Assembly: GCA_043825615.1 (NCBI GenBank)
Contig: JBDRRS010000003.1
Location: 56,090 to 120,089 of the forward strand
DNA: 64,000 nucleotides
Direction: 5' to 3'
Origin: a bacterium
Lineage (GTDB): Bacteria; CG03
Part shown: positions 7,948 through 16,571 of the stretch, piece after piece
Position numbering within the stretch: the first letter of the stretch is position 1
Layout of the letters: the number at the start of each line of letters is the position of its first letter
Notes under the pieces: model-generated
What the model saw: the letters and a program-made list of their open reading frames with translations, nothing else
Database searches by the model: none
What the model was told of the DNA's origin: nothing
Position numbers and translations under genes: made by a program

Positions 7948-10477
7948 AATGAAGAAAGACAGGCTGTTCGTAATTGACGGCAACAATTATCTGCACAGGG
8001 CGTATCACGCCCTCCCGCCGCTCACCACGAAGGACGGACGTCCCGTCGGTGCGCTGTACGGTTTTGTCAGAATGATTCTGTCTCTTGTAAAAAAGGAAAC
8101 GCCGGAGTATCTGCTCACGGTTTTCGACACACCCGCGCCGACTTTCAGGCACAGGGAATTTCCGCAGTACAAGGCGACGCGTCCCAAGCCGGAAGATGCG
8201 CTTGTCTTTCAATTGAAAAATATGAGAGAAATCGTTAACCTGCTCGGGGTAAAGACGTTTGAGGCGCCCGGCTTTGAAGCGGATGACATTATGGCGAGTG
8301 TTTGCGGAAAATTTTTGGGGAAGGTAAAGATATTCATTCTGTCCGCCGACAAGGATGTTTCGCAGATTGTCGGTAAAGAAGTCCTGATATACAATGAAAT
8401 GAAAAACCTCGTTATGGGTGAGGCGGAAATCATGCGGAAGTACGGCGTGAGCCCTTCAAAATTTTGCGACTGGCTCGCTCTCACGGGGGATTCCTCCGAC
8501 AACATTCCCGGCGCAAAAGGGATAGGCCCGAAGAGTGCGACGAAACTGCTCGGTTCTTTCTCGGGCGTGGAGGAAATTTACGAAAAGATTGACGAAATTC
8601 CCGCGAACCTCAGAGACAAACTCCTTGAAAGCAGGGAAAATGTTTTTCTTTCGAAAAAACTGGTCACTCTTCTGAAAGACGTTCCGCTGGACTTTGCTCT
8701 TGATGACCTGTCTTTCAGTTTGGATGCGGAGAAGGTGAAGAGCGTCGCCGAAAAGTGGGAGTTTTCTTCACTCCTCCGCAAAGATGACTCTTCCGGGACA
8801 AGCAAAGTTTTTGAGAAAATAAAATATACCGATGACCTTGCCGCGTTTTCCGCCTCCGAAAAAATGGCGGTAAGGTTTGTCAGTTCAAAAGACACAACCG
8901 GCTTTGCGGCGACCGACGGGAAGAACGCGGTTTTTATTCCGACCCTGCAGAGTGAGTTTGATTTCGGAGGAGGTAAAATAGAAGCATTTTTGAAAGTTTT
9001 ATCCCGCGGCGGCTTTTCCGTCGTAACAAATGACGCCAAGCATCTCTGCAAGTTCGCATTATCCAAAAAGCGGGAGCCCGCAGGTCCTTTTGAAGATATT
9101 TCGCTTATGGGGTATGTGCTTGATTCGGGTCCTTCGCAGGACATTTTTAACCTCTCAAGAAAATATCTCGGCGAGGAACTTCCCGCGGCGGTCGGCGAAA
9201 AGGAACAGGCGAAAATAACGGCGCAGTGTTTCAAACTGCGGGAAGTTCTGAAAGAGGAACTCTCAAAGAAGGGTCTGAAATTTTTATACGAGGAAATAGA
9301 ACTTCCTCTGGCGCGGGTCCTCGCGGAAATGGAACTGTGGGGCGTGAAACTTGACTGCGGGATTCTTGAAGAACTTTCCGCCGAAATGGCGGGAGAAATT
9401 ACAGCGGTACAGAAGACAATATTTTCTCTCGCAGGCGTTACATTTAACATAAATTCACAAATTGAAATGAGACGGGTACTCTTTGAAAAACTGAAACTTC
9501 CGGTGAAAAAACAGAAAAAAACCGGCGCGTCCGTCGACGCTTATGTCCTCAGGGAACTTTCGGCTTTTCACCCTATTTGCAGTGAAATAATAAAATACAG
9601 AACTCTCTCAAAATTGAAATCAACTTATGTGGATGCTCTGCCGCGCCTGGTGGCCGGCGACAACCGGCTCCACACCGATTTCAATTCGACGGGAACTCTT
9701 ACAGGGCGTCTTTCTTCCTCAAACCCGAACCTGCAAAACATTCCCGTCAGAGGCGAGTTCGCCTTCAAGATCCGTTCCGCATTCGTAGCGGAAGAAGGCT
9801 GCGTTCTGATTTCGGCTGATTACTCGCAGATTGATTTGAGAGCGCTTGCGCATTTTAGCGGCGACGAGCGGCTCCTGAAGGCATTCAGGGAGAACGATGA
9901 CATCCATAATTTTACCGCTTCGCTGGTCTTTGGCGTCGGAAGAAAAGATATTACGGGAGAGCAGCGCCGTATTGCGAAGACAGTGAATTTCGGCATTGTT
10001 TACGGAATGTCATCATACGGGCTTTCCGCCGACCTGGGTATTTCGAAAAATGAAGCCAAAAAAATTATAGACAATTACTGGATGATTTTTCCGGAAGTGA
10101 AGAACTATGTCGAAAAAAGCATTGAGGACGCGAAAAGGCATGGTTTTACGGAAACGCTTTTTAAGCGCCGACGGCCCATTTACGGGCGTTCGCCTTTTGA
10201 GCAGCGCGTTGCGGTGAACACGCCGATTCAGGGGACGTCCTCCGACATAATAAAAAAAGCAATGGTTGATATTTTTCCCATTCTTAAAGATTACGGGGCG
10301 AAAATGATTCTGCAGATTCACGATGAACTTCTTTTTGAAGTGGAGAATGACAAGTCATTGAAATTTGCTAAAATTGCGAAAACGACCATGGAAAAAGCCG
10401 TCGAATTAAAAGTCCCCGTAAAGGTAAATGTTAAATCGGGCAGGAATTTTGCCGGGATGGAAGCGCTGAATGTTTAA
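7940..10477 (+). CDS. polA: DNA polymerase I
   Basis: N-terminal 5'-nuclease domain (LFVIDGNNYLHRAYHAL). Pol motifs DYSQIDLRALAH, RRIAKTVNFGIVYG, QIHDELLFE. An alternative start lies at 7949. Confidence 0.95.
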   Translation: MLRMKKDRLFVIDGNNYLHRAYHALPPLTTKDGRPVGALYGFVRMILSLVKKETPEYLLTVFDTPAPTFRHREFPQYKATRPKPEDALVFQLKNMREIVNLLGVKTFEAPGFEADDIMASVCGKFLGKVKIFILSADKDVSQIVGKEVLIYNEMKNLVMGEAEIMRKYGVSPSKFCDWLALTGDSSDNIPGAKGIGPKSATKLLGSFSGVEEIYEKIDEIPANLRDKLLESRENVFLSKKLVTLLKDVPLDFALDDLSFSLDAEKVKSVAEKWEFSSLLRKDDSSGTSKVFEKIKYTDDLAAFSASEKMAVRFVSSKDTTGFAATDGKNAVFIPTLQSEFDFGGGKIEAFLKVLSRGGFSVVTNDAKHLCKFALSKKREPAGPFEDISLMGYVLDSGPSQDIFNLSRKYLGEELPAAVGEKEQAKITAQCFKLREVLKEELSKKGLKFLYEEIELPLARVLAEMELWGVKLDCGILEELSAEMAGEITAVQKTIFSLAGVTFNINSQIEMRRVLFEKLKLPVKKQKKTGASVDAYVLRELSAFHPICSEIIKYRTLSKLKSTYVDALPRLVAGDNRLHTDFNSTGTLTGRLSSSNPNLQNIPVRGEFAFKIRSAFVAEEGCVLISADYSQIDLRALAHFSGDERLLKAFRENDDIHNFTASLVFGVGRKDITGEQRRIAKTVNFGIVYGMSSYGLSADLGISKNEAKKIIDNYWMIFPEVKNYVEKSIEDAKRHGFTETLFKRRRPIYGRSPFEQRVAVNTPIQGTSSDIIKKAMVDIFPILKDYGAKMILQIHDELLFEVENDKSLKFAKIAKTTMEKAVELKVPVKVNVKSGRNFAGMEALNV

Positions 10478-11645
10478 AATACTGGGGCTTTTGTTCTTTT
10501 TGTCTTCAAGTTTATCTGCCGATACAAAAACCGTTGAGGTGAAGATTTTTGAAAATGAAGAACCGGCGGGTTCCGCCCCGCTGATATTAAAAGACGGGAT
10601 GGGGTATCTAAAAACATCGGACGTGGCGAATTTTTTCGGTCTCCGGGCGGAGTGGCTCCCCGATAAAAAATGCATCCGCCTGATTAACGAAGAAAAGGAG
10701 GACCTGCGGCTTTTCCTGAATTCAAAAAAAATATATATACGGAAACGTTTATGCACTTTGAAAAAAAGCCCCCTGATTTTTGAGGGAAAGTCATGGATTC
10801 CCTTTGAACTTATTCTTACGAAGTCGTTTCAGAGTTTTGCTTCTTCAAAGGTCTTCTGGGATTTTCAGGCCAAGAAACTTGCTATCTCCGGTTTTGGGGC
10901 TCGCCCGAAGAAAAGTTTGACAACTGTCCCGCCGCCGCAGATAAGGGCGCCGTTCCGGAAAACAAAAAGAAAGGTAAAAACGATTGTTATAGACCCCGGC
11001 CACGGCGGCAAGGACCCGGGCGCCGTCGCTCTTGACGGCACAAAAGAAAAAGACATTGTCCTTGATATTGCGCTTTGCCTGTATAAACTCTTCAGAAAAA
11101 ATCCGGCTTTCAACGCGATACTTACGAGAAAGACGGATATATTCCTGCCGCTTGCCACAAGAACTCTTATAGCAAACCGCGCCGAAGCCGACCTGTTTAT
11201 TTCAATCCACACAAACGCTTCATACAAAAAAAACACGAGGGGTTTTGAAGTTTATTTTTTAAGCGACACCGCATCCGACGACGAAGCGCAGACGGTTGCA
11301 AACACCGAAAACGCCGTTATTGAAATGGAGGAAAAACCGGCTTATAAGTCGGACATCAATTCAATACTCTGGTCGATGAAATTGAACGAGTATATGAACG
11401 AGTCGGCGGAGTGCTGCGCGTTTATATCCAGGGATGTGGGGAATTTTTTTTACACGAACAGAGGCATAAAACAGGCGGGTTTTTATGTGCTGAAAGGCGC
11501 CAGGATGCCGTCGCTTCTCATAGAGACGGGTTTTATCACCAACAGGAAGGACCTGAAAATCCTTAAAAAAGGCAGGAACAGACAGGTTATTGCGGAAAAA
11601 ATTTATAACTCGGTAACGGGTTATAAGATGTGGAGTGAAAAATAG
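10470..11645 (+). CDS. N-acetylmuramoyl-L-alanine amidase (Amidase_3 family)
   Basis: Signal peptide. Motifs IVIDPGHGGKDPGA, ADLFISIHTNA and GFYVLKGARMPSLLIETGFITN. Confidence 0.85.
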   Translation: MFKILGLLFFLSSSLSADTKTVEVKIFENEEPAGSAPLILKDGMGYLKTSDVANFFGLRAEWLPDKKCIRLINEEKEDLRLFLNSKKIYIRKRLCTLKKSPLIFEGKSWIPFELILTKSFQSFASSKVFWDFQAKKLAISGFGARPKKSLTTVPPPQIRAPFRKTKRKVKTIVIDPGHGGKDPGAVALDGTKEKDIVLDIALCLYKLFRKNPAFNAILTRKTDIFLPLATRTLIANRAEADLFISIHTNASYKKNTRGFEVYFLSDTASDDEAQTVANTENAVIEMEEKPAYKSDINSILWSMKLNEYMNESAECCAFISRDVGNFFYTNRGIKQAGFYVLKGARMPSLLIETGFITNRKDLKILKKGRNRQVIAEKIYNSVTGYKMWSEK

Positions 11646-11676
11646 AGAATTGCCGCGAGCGCGGTATTAGAAAAAA

Positions 11677-12408
11677 ATGAAAATAGGCGTTTTTGCGGAC
11701 ATTCACGCGAATCTGCCTGCTTTCGGGAAAGTTATTGAATTCCTTAAAAGTAAAGTCGGCGGTTTTGTCTGCTGCGGTGATATTGTCGGTTACGGGCCCC
11801 ATCCGAACGAGTGTATTGAAATGCTGCAGGGTCTTCAAAATACTTACATCGTTTGCGGGAACCATGACCTGGCGGTTATAGGCGCCGGGGATGCCGGAAC
11901 ATTCAGTGAAGACGCCGCCGCGGCGGTAGAGTGGACGATGGGAAAATTAACGGATTCATCCCGTTCCTTTCTGTCCGGCCTTGAGCGCAAAATCACCGTT
12001 GATAATTTTACCGCTGTTCACGGCTCTCTGATTGACCCTATCAAGCAGTATGTGACGGGCATTCCGGATTATATTCCTTCGCTCAGGGCGCAGGAAAAAG
12101 GGCTTGTTTTTAACGGCCACACCCACAGGCCGCTTTATTTCCGTGCTGCGGAGGAAACCGTAAGTTCGGGGTTCTTTAATCCCGGTTCTCCCGTTAAAAT
12201 TTCGGACGGGTCAAAATACTTTATCAACGCCGGCGCCGTCGGTCAGCCCAGAGACGGAGACCCGCGCGCCTCCTGCGTAATTTACGACGGGGATGCTGGA
12301 ACGGTTACGCTTTACCGCCTGGAGTATGATATAAAGAGTACGCAGAATGATATGAGGAAAACGGACAGCCCGCTGTTTTTGATTGAGCGGCTCGGAGCAG
12401 GAGTATGA
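11677..12408 (+). CDS. Metallophosphoesterase (YfcE/MJ0936-like)
   Basis: Motifs MKIGVFADIHAN, CCGDIVGYGP, GNHD and GHTH. Confidence 0.8.
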   Translation: MKIGVFADIHANLPAFGKVIEFLKSKVGGFVCCGDIVGYGPHPNECIEMLQGLQNTYIVCGNHDLAVIGAGDAGTFSEDAAAAVEWTMGKLTDSSRSFLSGLERKITVDNFTAVHGSLIDPIKQYVTGIPDYIPSLRAQEKGLVFNGHTHRPLYFRAAEETVSSGFFNPGSPVKISDGSKYFINAGAVGQPRDGDPRASCVIYDGDAGTVTLYRLEYDIKSTQNDMRKTDSPLFLIERLGAGV

Positions 12409-12992
12409 TTAAACCGGGAACGGTTGTTGGCGGGCAGCCGGAGTTCTGCGGCGCGGGCGCGACTCTTGCGGAGTTAATGGCGCGGGACAAATGGCTTGAA
12501 GTAAAAAGCGCCTGTAAAATAATAATGCAGGTTCTCGAAGTTCTTGCTCATATGCATTCGCGCGGGGTCATACTTCAAAACCTGAACCCGGAAAACATTA
12601 TTGTCTCAGGGAAGGGGGGCATAAAATTTGCTGATTTAGATTCGGCATATTATTTTGAAGCAGGAGCCGTCTCGCCGCCGGGCGCGCCCGGCGCGGTGGA
12701 ATATATGAGCCCGCAGAAGTTTTACGGCGACGTTTCAACCGAAAGCGATGTTTTTTCTGCGGGAGTCCTTTTTTACCGGCTCCTCACCGGCCATTTCCCG
12801 TACGCCCCGAGCGAAATTATTTCATACCCCGAAGCCGCCGCAAAGCCGCATCCTGTATCCCATTATAACAAAAGCGTTCCTCCGCCGCTGGAAAATGTGA
12901 TTATGAAGGCAGTCGCTCTTAAGAAGAAGGACAGATTCCCGACGGCGAAAAGTTTTATATCAGCGCTTTTAAAAACAGGAGCGGTCAAATGA
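12405..12992 (+). CDS. Protein-kinase C-lobe-only protein (predicted pseudokinase)
   Basis: It aligns to a Hanks kinase from the hinge onward. The catalytic loop is LQNLNPEN (nt 12573-12596) instead of HRDLKPEN. DLD replaces DFG and SPQ replaces APE. No P-loop or VAIK region is present. The start overlaps the upstream stop by 4 nt. Confidence 0.6.
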   Translation: MIKPGTVVGGQPEFCGAGATLAELMARDKWLEVKSACKIIMQVLEVLAHMHSRGVILQNLNPENIIVSGKGGIKFADLDSAYYFEAGAVSPPGAPGAVEYMSPQKFYGDVSTESDVFSAGVLFYRLLTGHFPYAPSEIISYPEAAAKPHPVSHYNKSVPPPLENVIMKAVALKKKDRFPTAKSFISALLKTGAVK

Positions 12993-14152
12993 ACTGCCGG
13001 CTGTTTGTCCCCTTTCTTTTTTGTGTGATTTTGTTTTTTTCTGCAACGTTGTCCGCAGACGATTTGATGAAAGCGTCGAAAGAATTTGTCCGCGGAAATT
13101 TTGCGGCGGCGGAAAAGAACATCAGCGAGTATCTGGAAAAAAATCCCGAAGATAAAAAAGCGCAAAATATTTATCAGAAAATCTGCATAGAACTTTCAAA
13201 GAAATCGCTTGACGGCGGTGACGAAGAGACAGCCCGCTCCTATGCCGAGAAAGCGTACAAGGTCAATCCGGATAATGCGAAAGCCCGCGACCTTTATCTT
13301 GCGACAAAAAAAGTCGAGAAAGTAAAGGTCACCCCGGAAAAGATTGAAGCCGAAAAAGTTAAAGTCAGAAAACAGAAACTTGAATCTCCGGATTTCGAGC
13401 GTCGCCAGGAAGTTAAAACGAAGATAGAATATGAAACCAAAACGGAATACGTCACGAAGGAGATGATACAGCAGGTTGCGGAAATTCCGGACTGGATATG
13501 GTTGAGCATTGCTTTCAACGCCGTTTTGCTCGTGGGGGTTTACCTGATTTACAAATATAAGAAAAAGGGCAATAAAACTGTCTACGAGCAGTATCTCAGG
13601 ACTAAAATGCAACTTACTAATTATTTGAAAAACGACCCTGAGGCGGTGAAAAAACAGTTGGGCGACGAGCGCGCCGCCGAAATGTTTAAGCTTCTTTCAA
13701 CCCAGAAAGTGCCCGATAGCGTCAACATAAAATTTGTTGATGCAAACAGGGCTTTTACGGATATAAATCCCATCCCGCGGCTTACAGCCGATATGGTGGA
13801 ACTCTCCGAATACTTCCTGACCGACCCGAAAGAGATTGTCAAATTTTTGACACCGTTCCTTCAACACAAGAACAACCGTGCACGCGCTAACGCGGCGAAG
13901 GCAATTTATAAATACAAGCCGGTACTGGCAATGAATACGATAAAAAAGATGGCTGAATCGGAGGACAGGTGGGAAAAAATTTCAGCCGTGTGGGCTTGTT
14001 CCCAGTTAAACGACGGCGCCGCGGCGGCAATTTTGGAGCGTCTCGTCGCGGATAATGACATGGAAGTTTCGCTCGCCGCCACACAGGCATGTAACGCTAA
14101 AAAAGTGGCAAATGTTTTCAAGAAAAAAAATGACGGAAAAAGAACGGCTTAA
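12989..14152 (+). CDS. Bitopic protein: signal peptide, TPR-like region, K/E-rich coil, TM helix, C-terminal HEAT-like repeats
   Basis: TPR-like segments GNFAAAEKNISEYLEKNPED and ARSYAEKAYKVNPDNAKA. TM helix WIWLSIAFNAVLLVGVYLIY. HEAT-like segments NNRARANAAKAIYKY, DRWEKISAVWACSQL and DNDMEVSLAATQA. Confidence 0.55.
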   Translation: MNCRLFVPFLFCVILFFSATLSADDLMKASKEFVRGNFAAAEKNISEYLEKNPEDKKAQNIYQKICIELSKKSLDGGDEETARSYAEKAYKVNPDNAKARDLYLATKKVEKVKVTPEKIEAEKVKVRKQKLESPDFERRQEVKTKIEYETKTEYVTKEMIQQVAEIPDWIWLSIAFNAVLLVGVYLIYKYKKKGNKTVYEQYLRTKMQLTNYLKNDPEAVKKQLGDERAAEMFKLLSTQKVPDSVNIKFVDANRAFTDINPIPRLTADMVELSEYFLTDPKEIVKFLTPFLQHKNNRARANAAKAIYKYKPVLAMNTIKKMAESEDRWEKISAVWACSQLNDGAAAAILERLVADNDMEVSLAATQACNAKKVANVFKKKNDGKRTA

Positions 14153-15212
14153 GTGGATTGAATTTTCTCTGGCAAAAGGCATCACGCAGCCGGACCTTTA
14201 CCTGCTTTACAAATTTAAAAGAGACCCTTTTGAAATTGAGGAAATGGATATTGAGGAACTGAAAAACGTGATGGGCAACAGAGCCGGTAATTTGAGAAAT
14301 CCGCGCACAAAAGTGAGCGAAGAAGTACGCCGGATGGAAAAGGCAGGGGCAAGAGCCGTTTTCCTCGTCGATGAGGAATATCCCGCCCTGCTTAAGGAAA
14401 TACCGAACCCGCCTCTTTTTTTGCGTGTGCGAGGAAAAATTCCCGCCAGCGCCGAAAGGATGATAGCGGTTGTCGGCACCCGCCGCGCGTCGTCCTACGG
14501 GAGAAGAATCTGCGAATATTTTTCGGAAGAGATTGCGGGAAGAAACTTTACCGTCGTCAGCGGCCTTGCGCTGGGAATTGACACCGTGGCGCACTCCGTG
14601 GCGGTGAAAGGCGCATCCGGCACGGTTGCGGTTCTGGGCTGCGGCGCGGATGTTATTTACCCGGGGGAAAACAAACTTCTTGCGGAAAAAATTATTTCAA
14701 ACGGGGCGGTTGTAAGCGAATATCCGATGGGCACCATCCCTTCTAAACAGAATTTCCCGGTGCGTAACCGCATAATCAGCGGAATGTCCTGCGGGGTTCT
14801 GGTGGTCGAGGCGCCGCAGAAGTCGGGTGCGCTCATAACATCTTCTTTCGCCGGCGAGCAGGGGAGAGACGTGTGGGTTGCCTGCGGAGATATTTTTGAT
14901 AAAAATTTCAAAGGTTCCCACGCTTTGATAAAAGACGGGGCGAAACTGTGCGAAAGCATTGAGGACATAATGTGCGAACTGAATCTTCCCGGGATTGAGC
15001 CGATGCCGAAGGCTCCGGCGACCGCGTCGTTGCCCGAAGACTCCGGCGAGAAGAAGATTTATTCATGCATCGGCTGGAAACCCGTTACGCTGGATGAGAT
15101 AAAAGAAAAATCGGGTTTTGAGATAGCGAAAATCTTTAAGACCTTGACAAATCTTCAGATAAATGGATTTATTGATAACTCGGCAGGCGGAAAATTTGTG
15201 CGAAAAAAATGA
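14130..15212 (+). CDS. dprA: DNA-processing protein DprA
   Basis: Core sequence AVVGTRRASSYGRRICEYFSEEIAGRNFTVVSGLALGIDTVAH...FPVRNRIISGMS. The ORF opens at 14055, but the ATG at 14130 is a more plausible start. Confidence 0.9.
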   Translation: MTEKERLKWIEFSLAKGITQPDLYLLYKFKRDPFEIEEMDIEELKNVMGNRAGNLRNPRTKVSEEVRRMEKAGARAVFLVDEEYPALLKEIPNPPLFLRVRGKIPASAERMIAVVGTRRASSYGRRICEYFSEEIAGRNFTVVSGLALGIDTVAHSVAVKGASGTVAVLGCGADVIYPGENKLLAEKIISNGAVVSEYPMGTIPSKQNFPVRNRIISGMSCGVLVVEAPQKSGALITSSFAGEQGRDVWVACGDIFDKNFKGSHALIKDGAKLCESIEDIMCELNLPGIEPMPKAPATASLPEDSGEKKIYSCIGWKPVTLDEIKEKSGFEIAKIFKTLTNLQINGFIDNSAGGKFVRKK

Positions 15213-16252
15213 TGACTGAAAAGAAAGAATATATTAAGTTTCTAAATGATTTAAAAAGCAAGATAAAGCGTGTTCAATATCAGGCATATAGGACTGTCAA
15301 TAAGGAACTTATTAATCTCTATTGGGATATTGGTAAATCTATTGTTGAAAAGCAAAAGAAATTAGGTTGGGGACAAAAAATAATTCAGCAACTTGCTGAA
15401 GATTTACAAAAAGAGTTTCCTAAAAATAGCGGTTTTTCTGAGAGAAACTTAAAATATATGAGAAAATTTTATCGTGAATATAATGACAAGCCAAAAGTGC
15501 AACAACTTGTTGCACAAATACCCTGGGGACAAAATATTGTCATTCTCACAAAAATGAAAAATGATTATCAGAGAGAATATTATTTGCAAATGACTATTAG
15601 AAACATCTGGAGCAGAAGTATTTTAGTTCATCAAATAGAATCAAAATCCTTTGAACGATTTTTAACAGATAAGAAAAATCATAATTTTGATAAGACACTA
15701 CCGGTTAAGATGTTGAAAAAAGCAAAGCCGGTCATAAAAGATTCATATTTACTTGATTTTCTTGAAATATCTGAGGATATTAAAGAAAAGAAATTAGAGA
15801 AGAAACTTTTAGAAAATATTAAAAGTTTCTTATTAGAACTTGGTACTGGATTTACTTTTATTGGAAACCAATATAAAGTTGCGCTTGGCGAAAATGAATA
15901 TTTCATTGATTTACTATTTTATCATCGTTACTTGAAATGCTTGATTGCTATTGATTTAAAAATAGGCAAATTTATTCCGGAATATGCGGGAAAGATGAAT
16001 TTTTATCTCAATCTTCTTGATGATAAAGTTAAATTGCAAGATGAGAATCCATCTATAGGACTTATCCTGTGCAAAGAGAAAGACAATATTGTAGTTGAAT
16101 ATGCCTTAAGAAATATCAAAAAGCCGGTAGGTGTAGCAAAGTATTATTTAACAAGAAAGTTACCTGCTAAATTATTAAAACAGTTACCGGCTCCATCTGT
16201 TATAGAAGATAAACTTAGAAAATTAGAGGGAAAAAAGAATGGGTTATTCTGA
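15209..16252 (+). CDS. YhcG/DUF1016 family PD-(D/E)xK nuclease-domain protein
   Basis: N-terminus (VQYQAYRTVNKELINLYWDIGKSI) is typical of DUF1016. The nuclease core reads IDLLFYHRYLKCLIAIDLKIGKF. The gene is AT-rich. Its ATGA start/stop overlaps dprA. Confidence 0.8.
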   Translation: MMTEKKEYIKFLNDLKSKIKRVQYQAYRTVNKELINLYWDIGKSIVEKQKKLGWGQKIIQQLAEDLQKEFPKNSGFSERNLKYMRKFYREYNDKPKVQQLVAQIPWGQNIVILTKMKNDYQREYYLQMTIRNIWSRSILVHQIESKSFERFLTDKKNHNFDKTLPVKMLKKAKPVIKDSYLLDFLEISEDIKEKKLEKKLLENIKSFLLELGTGFTFIGNQYKVALGENEYFIDLLFYHRYLKCLIAIDLKIGKFIPEYAGKMNFYLNLLDDKVKLQDENPSIGLILCKEKDNIVVEYALRNIKKPVGVAKYYLTRKLPAKLLKQLPAPSVIEDKLRKLEGKKNGLF

Positions 16253-16571
16253 TATACCCCGAATTTGTAGGGTTATTTGGAACGGGTTTCGAATTATGAA
16301 CAGGTTAGGCGAAAATTTGTCCTTAATTTTAAACAAAGATAAAAGGATAAAAGAAGAAAACATGGCTTCGAAAATGCCAAAAATTTTACAGTGATGTGGT
16401 GGTTTGTTAGCTATTTTAATCTACATAACTAATGCAATTTACATTAATTCAGAAGCTGGTAGAATTATTATTGCTCATGGACAAGAAGTTACGAAAGACA
16501 TACAAGTGGGCTTTTGGATGGTAATTTATATTGATGTAGTGATATGCGGGCGAAGATAAAAAGGGGAAAAT

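Noticed and set aside
8578-9450. A 290-aa minus-strand ORF inside polA.
   Set aside because: It is antisense to a well-supported conserved gene. Its product is S/R/F-rich low-complexity sequence with no motif, which is typical of a shadow ORF in GC-rich coding DNA.
16253-16571. Short ORFs (about 12-32 codons) in the AT-rich spacer before topA, considered as a possible small toxin or antitoxin.
   Set aside because: They have no RBS, are mutually out of frame and carry no recognisable motif. They are more likely decay products or chance ORFs.
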